A DNA stretch of 64,000 nucleotides from Veleropilina oligotropha. Taxonomy: Eukaryota. The position numbers and the translations under genes are program-made. Under the pieces are notes generated by a model. That model saw only the letters and a list, made by a program, of their open reading frames with translations, made no database searches and had not been told where the DNA came from. Below are positions 48,903-58,796 of this stretch, piece by piece (position 1 is the first letter of the stretch; every line of letters starts with the position of its first letter). The stretch lies in contig JBEUKZ010000036.1 in assembly GCA_048128005.1 (NCBI GenBank), positions 62,001 through 126,000 on the forward strand, read 5' to 3'.

Positions 48903-51860
48903 TTACTGGTTAGATGACCTCGGTCTAACAATAACTCTTTGTGCAGCAACACACTGTAAACTGCTCAAGCCATCAGCACCTGTTGAGTAGTCCCGCAGAT
49001 AATGTTTGACAAACACATTAGCGTTTTTCCAATATCCGGCCTGAAGTAACGCATTGATATTTAAATTATGTCGGAAAGCTACAGACGCGGCAATTGCCCG
49101 GACTTCATGTGCGCGGACCGATAAAATAGTTCGGTCTTCGTCATCACAGCGGATGTAAACATCTCTCACAGTTTGTGAAATCCACCGCGAAACAGTTGTC
49201 CTCGTAATGTCGCGGGTGTAGGTAGGCAAATACGAAATGAATAAACGTAATTTCCCTGTCCGCATTTCACGGGTTCTGTCGAGGTAGAAGCGAAGCGCCC
49301 GTACCGGGCAATTGAGGCGGTCTGCATCGTGCCTTCCGACTAGCGTTAGCTTGGGAATAACAACATCGGGTGCGTCCTCGTTCGGCCGTTGGTTCTTGGC
49401 TAGAAAGCCAAGAATAGGACGCAGTATCACCGACCCGTCTGACTGGAATCGTATATCTCTTAGCTCGGAGGAGAAAGCATGAATCTCGGAACAACGCCTG
49501 CCCGACGCTAAGGCGATCAGAAAAACCGTTTTGTGCGTCAAGTTCCTCATGGTTATCTCGGACATCGGCTCATACGGGGGTAAGAGTAATGCGTTAAGAA
49601 TAAGTACGATATTCCAAGCAGGTGGCTTAATTTTCCGGGTCGGTATCTCGAGTTCGTAAGATCGTATAAAATCTGATATCGTTCGGTCGCTTGATAGGCC
49701 GGCATGGGCACGACACTGCTTTAGCGTGGTCGCGATCGTTGCCCGATAGCCTTTGACGGCGGACACTGACATACCGCGGTCGAAGAGCGACGATAAAAAC
49801 TCGATAAACTTGTTCACAGGGGGACGGAGTATATTGACCTGCCTGCTGTGACACCAATCCACGTACTTAACCCATCGGTAGTCATAAACTTTTGTCGTGG
49901 AAATCCTTCTCGATCGGTAGATACGTAAGGCTGTAGCTTTAGAAAATCCTTTCTTAGCAAGGGATCGTTCGATAACCGCCAGGCGTGTAAACGTAAGTGG
50001 TTCGGCGACTCGTGGAGTACACGGGTGCGTGGTTGCATTAACAGGTCTAGTTTCTGCGGTAACGCTAACGGTCGATCGACGATCAGATCGAGGAGGGTCG
50101 GAAACCAAGGTTGCGTGCGATACAGGGGCGCTATTAGCGTTATCTCGCAACGTTCGGTCGCTGCCTTCTGTAATACCAGTGATAGAATGCACGTCGGGGG
50201 GAAGGCATACGCGGACAGATTCTCCCATGTCATTGACAGTGCGTCGACCGCTAGGGCGGCCGGGTCTGGGTACGGGGAGACATACAGAGGTAGTCGGTAA
50301 TTGAATTCTGTTGCAAACAAATCGACTTTGGGTTGCGACCACCGGCGGCAAACCTCCCGAGCTACTCGGCTGTGTAGCGTCCACTCTGTGTGTATAATCT
50401 GTGATCTCCGAGAGAGCGAATCCGCTCTGACATTCAGCTTTCCCGGGATGTGTCGGGCTCGAATCGTCGAGTTGAGGGACATCACTAAGCGGTGTAGGTC
50501 TATTGCTCGGTCGCATAGGGGACGCGAGCGAGTGCCGCCCTGGTGCTGTATGTAAGCGACGACAGTCGTGTTGTCCGTGGCGAGCATTATGTGCTTGTTG
50601 CGGAGATGTAACGAGAGGGACCGTACTGACAGGTAGACGGCTTCTAACTCTAGGAAGTTGATATGTCGTCCCTGAAGGTCTGTCGGCCATAGGCCTGATG
50701 TCTCGTAACTGTCGAGGTGACCACCCCAGCCGTCGTTCGAAGCGTCTGTGAACAGGTAAGCGTTCGGCTCTGGTGGGGATATAGGAACCGACTGGTCCGG
50801 CAAAGCGGGGTTCAACCACACTGCTGTCGTGTCGGTAAACCAATGCCGTAGATCGATGCGATCCGTCCACTGCCCCGTCCGTTGTATCCAGCGATCCCTG
50901 AACGCCTGTTGTAACGGTCTTTTGTCCATGCGACCCGTCGGTAGCAGGGGCGCTACCGACTCGATGTGCCCCAGGACAGTGGCCAGTTGTCGCGCCGTAG
51001 TTATGTCCGATGACAGGGTGTCTTGGATAACCGCGCGTAGGTTCCGCATACGCTTCTGGGTCGGCTTCGCGGTGTACCGGACCGTATCGAAGTCGACTCC
51101 GAGGAACGTAAACGTCGTCGAGGGCACGAAGCAGGATTTTGTCTCGTTGATCTGAAATCCCAGGCGCTTCGTCGATGACAGGGTAAAGCTCGTAGACCGG
51201 AGGCACAGATCTCGGGACGCCCCGAGGATCAGCCAGTCGTCGAGGTACATATGTACCCTGTGCCCTAGAGAGTGTAGGAAGGCCCCTAGGGCCTGTACTG
51301 TTCTCGTGAAGACGTACGGGGCTGACGATAGACCGAACGGTAGGCACCTGAATTGGTAGATCGTCTCCCCGTGTATAAACCGAAGGTACTGATGAGCCGT
51401 GATATGCATCGGGACATGCAGATACGCGTCGGCGAGATCGATAGACGCTGCCCAGTCGCCCGGACGGATGGCCGCTCGAATCTTCGAGAGGGTTTCTTGC
51501 TGGAATTTCTCGGTACGAAGATATCTGTTTAGGTACGAGAGATCGAGGATCGGTCTCCAGCGGCCATCGGGTTTCGGGACCAGGAAGAAATGGCTGTAAA
51601 ATCCTGGTGTGCTGGGCGGCGCGGGATATATCGCTCTTTTTAGGAGCAAATCCCGCACTGCCTGGTCTAAGACCGCTTGTTTCTCTCCGTTTAGGAGGCG
51701 AGCGTGTCTTGTTGGTGGTGCCTCGGTTAAGGTCGGATGCCGGTTGAATGCCAACTTGTATCCGGCACTCACGACTAAGTGGACCCAGTTGCTGTCTGTC
51801 AGCTCTAGCCAGGACTGGCTGTGTGCTAACAGGCACGCTCCCACCGGCGGGAGCGGGCAA
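48903..51860 (-). CDS. B4 tyrosine recombinase ORF (985-codon frame; YR in the C-terminal ~360 aa)
   Basis: LASGRRCSEI, CPVRAL, HEVRA, GYW and FVKHY are all intact. Confidence 0.93.
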   Translation of the reverse strand: MPAPAGGSVPVSTQPVLARADRQQLGPLSRECRIQVGIQPASDLNRGTTNKTRSPPKRRETSGLRPGSAGFAPKKSDISRAAQHTRILQPFLPGPETRWPLETDPRSLVPKQISSYREIPARNPLEDSSGHPSGRLGSVYRSRRRVSACPDAYHGSSVPSVYTRGDDLPIQVPTVRSIVSPVRLHENSTGPRGLPTLSRAQGTYVPRRLADPRGVPRSVPPVYELYPVIDEAPGISDQRDKILLRALDDVYVPRSRLRYGPVHREADPEAYAEPTRGYPRHPVIGHNYGATTGHCPGAHRVGSAPATDGSHGQKTVTTGVQGSLDTTDGAVDGSHRSTALVYRHDSSVVEPRFAGPVGSYIPTRAERLPVHRRFERRLGWSPRQLRDIRPMADRPSGTTYQLPRVRSRLPVSTVPLVTSPQQAHNARHGQHDCRRLHTAPGRHSLASPMRPSNRPTPLSDVPQLDDSSPTHPGKAECQSGFALSEITDYTHRVDATQPSSSGGLPPVVATQSRFVCNRIQLPTTSVCLPVPRPGRPSGRRTVNDMGESVRVCLPPDVHSITGITEGSDRTLRDNANSAPVSHATLVSDPPRSDRRSTVSVTAETRPVNATTHPCTPRVAEPLTFTRLAVIERSLAKKGFSKATALRIYRSRRISTTKVYDYRWVKYVDWCHSRQVNILRPPVNKFIEFLSSLFDRGMSVSAVKGYRATIATTLKQCRAHAGLSSDRTISDFIRSYELEIPTRKIKPPAWNIVLILNALLLPPYEPMSEITMRNLTHKTVFLIALASGRRCSEIHAFSSELRDIRFQSDGSVILRPILGFLAKNQRPNEDAPDVVIPKLTLVGRHDADRLNCPVRALRFYLDRTREMRTGKLRLFISYLPTYTRDITRTTVSRWISQTVRDVYIRCDDEDRTILSVRAHEVRAIAASVAFRHNLNINALLQAGYWKNANVFVKHYLRDYSTGADGLSSLQCVAAQRVIVRPRSSNQ

Positions 51861-52096
51861 CTGGGGCCGTCGCGAATGCCGGCAGCCCTAGGGCCGAGGC
51901 TTCCCTCTCCCGCTCTGCTTGCGGGATTTCGCTGGAGGTGCTTGCCTCTTTGGAGTGGGTTTATTGGCCGGAGGCCTACCACCTGAAGAGGGCTTCGCAC
52001 GCTTAGAAGGCTTCGGGGCCCGGGTGGGCCCTGAGCGCTTCCTCGAGTCGGTAGGTGGACCCCGAGTGGGGTGCAGTACTGCCTTCTCGATGGCAC
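49814..52096 (-). CDS. B4 RT-RNaseH-methyltransferase-like ORF (760 aa)
   Basis: IDLADAY, LPFGLSSAP, YLDD, FTDAS, ELEA, TDN, ADSLSR, VDLFAT and YAFPP. Confidence 0.95.
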   Translation of the reverse strand: MPSRRQYCTPLGVHLPTRGSAQGPPGPRSLLSVRSPLQVVGLRPINPLQRGKHLQRNPASRAGEGSLGPRAAGIRDGPSCPLPPVGACLLAHSQSWLELTDSNWVHLVVSAGYKLAFNRHPTLTEAPPTRHARLLNGEKQAVLDQAVRDLLLKRAIYPAPPSTPGFYSHFFLVPKPDGRWRPILDLSYLNRYLRTEKFQQETLSKIRAAIRPGDWAASIDLADAYLHVPMHITAHQYLRFIHGETIYQFRCLPFGLSSAPYVFTRTVQALGAFLHSLGHRVHMYLDDWLILGASRDLCLRSTSFTLSSTKRLGFQINETKSCFVPSTTFTFLGVDFDTVRYTAKPTQKRMRNLRAVIQDTLSSDITTARQLATVLGHIESVAPLLPTGRMDKRPLQQAFRDRWIQRTGQWTDRIDLRHWFTDTTAVWLNPALPDQSVPISPPEPNAYLFTDASNDGWGGHLDSYETSGLWPTDLQGRHINFLELEAVYLSVRSLSLHLRNKHIMLATDNTTVVAYIQHQGGTRSRPLCDRAIDLHRLVMSLNSTIRARHIPGKLNVRADSLSRRSQIIHTEWTLHSRVAREVCRRWSQPKVDLFATEFNYRLPLYVSPYPDPAALAVDALSMTWENLSAYAFPPTCILSLVLQKAATERCEITLIAPLYRTQPWFPTLLDLIVDRPLALPQKLDLLMQPRTRVLHESPNHLRLHAWRLSNDPLLRKDFLKLQPYVSTDREGFPRQKFMTTDGLSTWIGVTAGRSIYSVPL

Positions 52097-54138
52097 GGTC
52101 CTTCATGTCCGCCGCTCTCTTGTCAACGAACTCCGAAAAGTTGTCACCAAAGAGAGTGGTGGCCGAGCAAGGTACGCATCGCAACGAGCGCCGGGTGGGC
52201 TCGTCCAGCGAGGTACCTTCCAGGCAAGCATCCCTACGAAGTAGGAGGGCATTGCCCAGGACACGTCCCGTCTCCAACGCGCTGGTCTCCTGCGCGGCAG
52301 CAACCTCCTGGAGGAAGGACAGGGCAGCCTCGGGGGCGCCGGGTCCATCCTCCTGTAGTACGGCTATCGCGCCGTCCAAAAAAAGTCCTGAACAGACGAT
52401 AGCCGTAGAGCCCGTCGGGCGGCGCTCTCGAAAGCTTCCAAGGCGGACCAAGGAACTTTCGCTACGGAGGGAGTGTGACTGGCGGTCAGTCGACGCAACG
52501 AAGCGTCAACACGAGCCGGCTCAGTCGCCAGGCACGGACCAGTGCATTCGAACGGGATCGCTCGAGTACTGGCCCGGAGGTACCTCCCACTACGGAACCC
52601 CGAAGGGAACTCGTTCAGCGGGGAGGACTCCACCGGATTGCGCCCCTGAACGAGCTTGGTGATCGAGTCTACAACCAGATCCACCAGCCCGGACTGAGGT
52701 AAGGAGGGGAGCTCGGGGGTTTCCCTACCAACAAACCGATGTGCTGCCGTCCTATGCTTGGCTACGTCTACAGCCGACCGAGTCGGTTCCGACAAGCCAA
52801 GCACCCCGCGAAGTGACGCAACGGCGTCGAGCCTTCGGCGGGTGGAGGAGGTCGGCTCCTGCGTGCCTGTAAGACTAATGTCTTCGGGCCCGACCGATTC
52901 AGGGAGGTCGGTGTGATTGGAACCGAGGTCCTCGTCGGAACGAGGGTCGATGTCCATCACTGAGGCAGGAGCCGTGCTCTGCGCCATGGGCAGATGTGTA
53001 GGTACCGGGCGCGGCTCGGGAGCCGTCGGCCAGGCCTTACACCGTTCCTCGATCCCCGCCGCGATCCATGCCTGGACGTTCTCAAAAGAGAAACCCGGAG
53101 GCAGGACGGGCGACGAACTAACAGCCGGTAGTTCTGTCGAGGTAACCGTGGCGCTAGGTAGACGGGCTGCATTGACAGGTCGAACCGAGGACCAGGGTCC
53201 ACGGGCACTTGTCGAGGGGTCGAACCCGAAGGACTGGCCCGAAGGCGCAGTCAGTGGGCCGGACGACCGATAGGACTGCGGCAACAGTTCTGATCGGTCT
53301 ACCACTCTGTTCGAGCGAGGCACGGACGGAAAACCGCCGTAGAACCCCGTCCCGAACGCAGCCGGTCTGTCCACGTCCTCTAGCGTGACCACGGTGGGTG
53401 CACGGGAGAGACCGGGCCCTCTGAACGTCTCGTGAGCCTCGAGGTTGAGCGGAAAACCCCTAGGGGAAGTCGCGTCGTTCTCGAGCGAGGATTCAGGCGT
53501 CGCCAATTGTCCGAGTCTTAGACCTACAAGTAGGTGCCCGGCCTCTTTAAAGGCTTTCTCTGCATTGGGTCTGTCCCCGTCGCTAGACGGAGAGTTTCCC
53601 GCAGAAGGACTAACTGTCCCCTTATTCTTCGAGGCCGAAGAAAAGGATGGGGATGGTCTGCCCTGTTCAGCTGTTCGCTGCGCTGTCATGTATACCTTGC
53701 TAGCCGGCAAGGTATGGCTGACTGCAGTTACTAGGCCCAGTTGAGGAGGAACGGTCGACACTCGGGTCTTTACCTGAATCTGGGGTACCGGCAAGGTTTC
53801 GGTGACTCCCCGAAGAGTCGCGGAGGTTTCGCCGGTGGATCCGGCGACAGACGTCCCCTTGTGTCGGCTGTCGTCCAGCGTCCCTGAAGCAGACAATGAA
53901 GAAACATTAAATGTAACTTACCGGTCTCTTCCTGACCCTTCTCCGGGGGAGGACCCACCGTGGCAGCCGCCCTGGTCGACTTACCCTGGTGAGACAGAAC
54001 TGCCCACTGCTTATCTGATAGAAGAAAGCACAGATCACATTGATGTTGTATACTACAGCTACGGTGAGTACGACATTCCTTGTGCCTATCAAATCCGTGA
54101 ATTTTCTGGTTACACCTGGAGCTACTGCACCGGACCAT
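51888..54138 (-). CDS. B4 gag-like ORF1, predicted spliced join(54138-53922,53883-51888), with a 1-nt deficit in the T7 run at 52378-52384
   Basis: The Cys/His exon MVRCSSSRC...PEKGQEET joins in frame to GTLDD... once 53884-53921 is removed. Confidence 0.8.
53884..53921 (-). other. Predicted 38-nt spliceosomal mini-intron in B4 gag (counterparts: A 7473-7512, B2 38038-38077, B3 47650-47667 plus 55145-55165)
   Basis: GTAAGT...TGTCTGCTTCAG, phase 1; removal restores the frame. Confidence 0.75.
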
Positions 54139-55421
54139 AGCTAAATACACGGGAGGGTGGGTATGGGTAGACGGGGTAGGTAAATAGGTATATATATGGT
54201 AGTTGTGACTTCTTTCCTATGGAGGGAGTACTACGACAACTCACAGAATTGTCCTGATCTGAAGATCAAAGATCAAGCGATATACCGTTATAAAACCCCG
54301 AACTGGGAACACCGAGGTCGGGTATTTTACCCGACCGACCCGGTAACCCGGCAAATTGACTAAAACAAACGGTGGTTCTTTCCTCGAAAAAACCGCCCAG
54401 TAAAACACCTGAAAACCTCGTGGATGTTTTTATGTTAGTACAATGGCGTATTATCCCAGCAACGGCAGGATATCAGAAAAAACGCAAGCGTGATATCAAA
54501 AGATCCTGCCTTTTAACAACGCTAGAAATTTTTTATATATATAATAAATAACCAGCAAATAGCGTTGTTAAGGAATTATCCAATATAATGAGTTACCTGT
54601 TTGCAGTCTCAAACAATATCAGATAAATATACCGACCAGGAATTTCAGCTACACTCGAAACTTTCCCTCTAAGCGGCCATTTTTAACAGCCACGGCGTCC
54701 TTGACGACGATGTCGGTTTCACTTGATGTCCAGAACTCCTCGAAGTTTTGAGAATCACTCTTCTTATATTCACTTGTGTCTTGTATCCACAACACAGGGT
54801 TATATTCCACTACTTATATTCTATATAAGTAGATACTGCGCCCTGATTTAACGTGAAATCGGGCACCTATTTCGAAATATTTGCGGAGCAAAACAACGTC
54901 TTTCCGCGGCAGCGGAAAACTTTGAATTGAGGTCTTGTGACTTCTATGGTTCAGAAGTCTCGCGAGACTTGGCGAGATCTCGCGGGGGAACGTAGGGGAG
55001 GAGGAGCAGGGGAGGTAACCGTGGTACGTTTTTGCGTCTTTGACTTATTAATAGTGCATAATGTGACTTATTCACTGTTTCCGGTTAGCAATAATATTAC
55101 TATTATGGCAAGAGTAAGGACGTAAGTATGTTTGTAACTACATACGTTAATTCCCTTTAACCTACCATTTTGTCCCTTCTCCGGGGGAGAACCCACCGTG
55201 GTAACCGCTCTGGTCGGCTTCACTGGTGGAAATAAGATCGCCCACTGCCTCTCTGTTAAAACTAGGCACAGTTCACATTTATAAACTTACTGCAGTTACG
55301 GTGAACACGGCATTCCGTGTGCGTATCAAATTCCGTGAATCTTCTTTGGTTACACCCGGAGCTACTGCACCGGACCATAGCTGATACACGGGAGGGTGGT
55401 AGTGGGTGGAACGGGGTAGAT

Positions 55422-56720
55422 AACAAGAGCACCGCAAAACGATGCAAACGCTCGTCTGTTATTTGACCTCCAAAATGTGTAGCTATAAAACATGAATCAG
55501 CCCTGTTAATATTAAATGTGAAATAAAAGCAAAACCATCCTGAATATCTTGCATCTGCTGGTGTCCGGGAAAGTATAACAATGTATGTTGCATGTCATTT
55601 AGAGACTGCAATATACAGTCATGTATTCGTGAGAAATTGCAAACTCTTCTCTGAATTTACAATAACTTGTTGTAGGTGGTCTTACCTCACTTGGCCCAAT
55701 TCTCCGTTTAGACAACTGTATTGTCATACAATATCATATCATACAATAATTTTAACCCTGATCAGTAGAGGAGACTTAAATAGAGAGTGATATTAGACAC
55801 TGGATACAGTCTGTTCTTGTAATGGTAATATATACTGCCATTTCAAGATACCCATGGAATAAACCAATGGGGAAGCCAGTTATCAAAATCCAATCAATCC
55901 ATCTGATTTTGATAATCCCAGCTTCACAGAGTGACCATTAAGCTTAACAGCTTACTGTGCCTATTGGCAGTGAGCAAGTCTTACAGATAAGCAGATGTCC
56001 CTTTCATCGTACACATATAATATTACATAAGTAAACAACAGAAATAAATTTACTCTTCCAAAAAATTACATTTCTATTCATAGAAAGAATGCTAATTCGT
56101 CATCCTCAATACTTCAAGGCATACCGTTAATCAAACTTTTAAGAATACCTGCTATAGTGTCATTCAGGTATAAAAAGTAGGTAAAGGACGTGCATGGGTG
56201 GGTGGTTTGGGGTGAGGCACCCAAGGAGTAAGTGATAGCCAAGTTTGGTAGACCTAGGCCCAGCAGTTGCTGAAAAGCTGACTTGAACGCAAAGGTTAAC
56301 CGGCATTTCAGGGCACAAATTAAACGTAAAATTACTAAGTCATTCAAGCATAAAAAGTAGGTCAAGGATGTGCATGGGTGGGTGGTTTGGGGTGACACAC
56401 ACAAGGAGTAAGTGATAGCCAAGTTTGGTAGACATAGGCCCAGCAGTTGCTGAAAAACTGACTCTAACGCAAAGGTTAACCAGCATTTCAGGGCACAAAT
56501 TAAGCATAAAATTACTAAGTCATTCAAGCATAGTGGGTGGATTGTGGTGAGGCACCCAATGAGTAAGTGATAGCCAAGTTTGGTAGACCTAGGCCCAGTA
56601 GTTGCTGAAAAACTGACTCAAACGCAAAGGTTAACCAAATCCGGACGACGCCGACGCCGACGACGCAGACGCCGGAGTGGTGACAATAGCTCTTTATGTT
56701 TTCACAAACAGACGAGCTAA
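55422..56720 (+). mobile_element. Helentron/HINE-like element inserted in the B3 5' UTR
   Basis: AACAAGAGC start, ~2.7 copies of a 180-bp unit (about 56155-56637), a (GACGCC)n microsatellite, and a ...GAGCTAAAA end. Absent at the equivalent site in B2/B4. Confidence 0.8.
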
Positions 56721-58796
56721 AAAGGTATATGTTTGGTAGTTGTGACTTTTACTACAACAACTTTTAGATTGCCCTAATCTGAAGATCAAAGATCAGGCGA
56801 TATACCGCAAAATAACCCCGAACTGGGAACACCGAGGCCGGGTAGTAAACCCGACAAATAGACTAAACAAACGGGGGTTCTTTCTTAGAAAAAACCGCCC
56901 AGGAAAACACCTGAAAACCTCGTGGATGTTTTTAAATTAGTACAATGGTGTATTATCCCAGTAACGGCAGGATAGCAGAATAACTAAAGTTGATATCTAA
57001 ACAATCCTGCCTTTTAACGACGCTAAATATTTACAATAATTACCAGCAATAAGCGTCGTTAAGGAATTATCCAATATAATGAGTTACCTGTTTGCAGTCT
57101 CAAACAATATCAGATAAAATATACCGACCAGAAATTTCTTCTATACACGAAACTTCCCCTCTGAGCGGCCCATGCTTTTCTGGGCAACGGCGGCGATGTC
57201 GGTTTCACTTGATTTTCACACAACTTCTTCGAAGTTTTTGATAAATCTTCTAATTCACTGATGTTTTATATCCTCAACACAGGGTATATTCTCTCCACAA
57301 CTTATAACTATGATATAAGCTGAATTAGCGTCTTCGATTTAACGTATAAATCGTCAGACTTCGAAATATTTGCGGAGCAACAAAACACGTTTTTCCGTCA
57401 CGGCGGAAAACTTTGAATTGAGGTCTTGTGATCTCGAGCTCGGATATCTCGCGAGACTTGGCGAGATCTCGCCGGGGGAACTTGGAGAGGGGGAGCAGGG
57501 GAGGTGATCGTGGTGTGTTTTGACTTCATAAGTGCATAAATGTGGCTTTATTCACTGTTTCCGGTTGGCGATAATATGACTATTATGGCAAGAGTAAGGA
57601 CGTAAGTATGTTTGTAACTACATATACGAGGTACTGTTTTTAACACGGTTAAACTAAATGTAAAAGCATCGGCAAGGAACAGTTTTTGGTTTCCTGTTTG
57701 TATCGCGCCACGGTGTGCTTGTTACGAGATGATCTTTTCATATTAACAAATTTGCGAATTTGATTGGCTTATCAATACTGGTATAAATCCAACGACATTT
57801 TATCGATGTAGGAAGATGTTGACAGGTGAATGACCACTGTTTCAATATATTATAACTTGGGTGAAAGCAAATGTGCATTCATGCATACATGTATATTATT
57901 ATTACTGCTAAGTTGTCAGTAATATAAAAGTCAAGTTTTATATTCCGAAATTTGCGCGAACTAATTGTCTCCAAAAGCTTACGTCATGGCATGGCTACCA
58001 CACGGTTAAATGGTATTAATTTACTAATCAAATATATATAAATGGGCTTCATATAGACAAATCTTAACTTTGATAACAAAACAAGTTAAAGTTGTCACAA
58101 TGAGCATGTTTATTGTTATTTAAAGGGAATATCCATGTTATTTTAAAGACAAACAGTATTAGACAAAATTGAATGTCCATTCTTGGTGACTGCCAGTAAC
58201 AGAAATAATGAAATGAATTTATGCTGGTAACCTGTTTTAAAATAGGTTACCAGATCTATGTAAATTTGTTACCACTCCCGTTCTTTAAGTTCAGCCCTGT
58301 CAATATAAACATCACCAAAGAATATGTATGCAATAATGGCACAGAACGGAAATTCACTCAACTATAACACAAATTTATATGTCCACAAACACTAATTTCA
58401 CATGTTATTAGGGCTCCAACAGCTTCAGCTGGAGCCCTATTGTTTTTGCTATTTTCTTTATTAGGGCTCCAACAGCTTCAGCTGGAGCCCTATTGTTTTT
58501 GCTATTTTCTTTATTAGGGCTCCAACAGCTTCAGCTGGAGCCCTATTGTTTTTGCTATTTTGTTTATTAGGGCTCCAACAGCTTCAGCTGGAGCCCTATT
58601 GTTTTTGCTATTTTCTTTATTATTATTATTCTTATTATTCCGTCTGATTTTTGTACCAGTGATAACTTCCAAACCGCTTAAATCAAAAACTCTAAAAATT
58701 GTAAACATGTAGCTATCATATGGTACTGAAGTTGAATCGCACTTAATTTCTGCTATGCGGCGCCACTGGCTTAGCGGCAATTAAGGTTTTTTCTTT

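Larger units (their letters stand above)
47667..55144 (-). mobile_element. DIRS family B copy B4, essentially intact (7478 bp), nested in B3
   Basis: Matching inverted LTRs (about 47700-47917 vs 54917-55133), ICR at about 47977-48067, and intact RT and YR ORFs. Confidence 0.98.
41581..57625 (-). mobile_element. DIRS family B copy B3, degraded, interrupted by B4 and by a Helentron-like insert
   Basis: 3' LTR/ICR at 41581-41975; body to 47666, resuming at 55145-55421 and 56721-57625; 5' LTR at about 57410-57625. Confidence 0.95.

Noticed and set aside
52378..52384. Programmed frameshift at the T7 run in B4 gag
   Set aside because: B3 and family A read through in frame here, so a homopolymer indel or consensus error is more likely. 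The same caution applies to the 1-nt indels in family A.
51919..52662. Antisense ORFs over gag/RT (also 5535-6203 and 4643-5194)
   Set aside because: Expected shadows of GC-rich coding sequence; no recognisable motifs and inconsistent starts.
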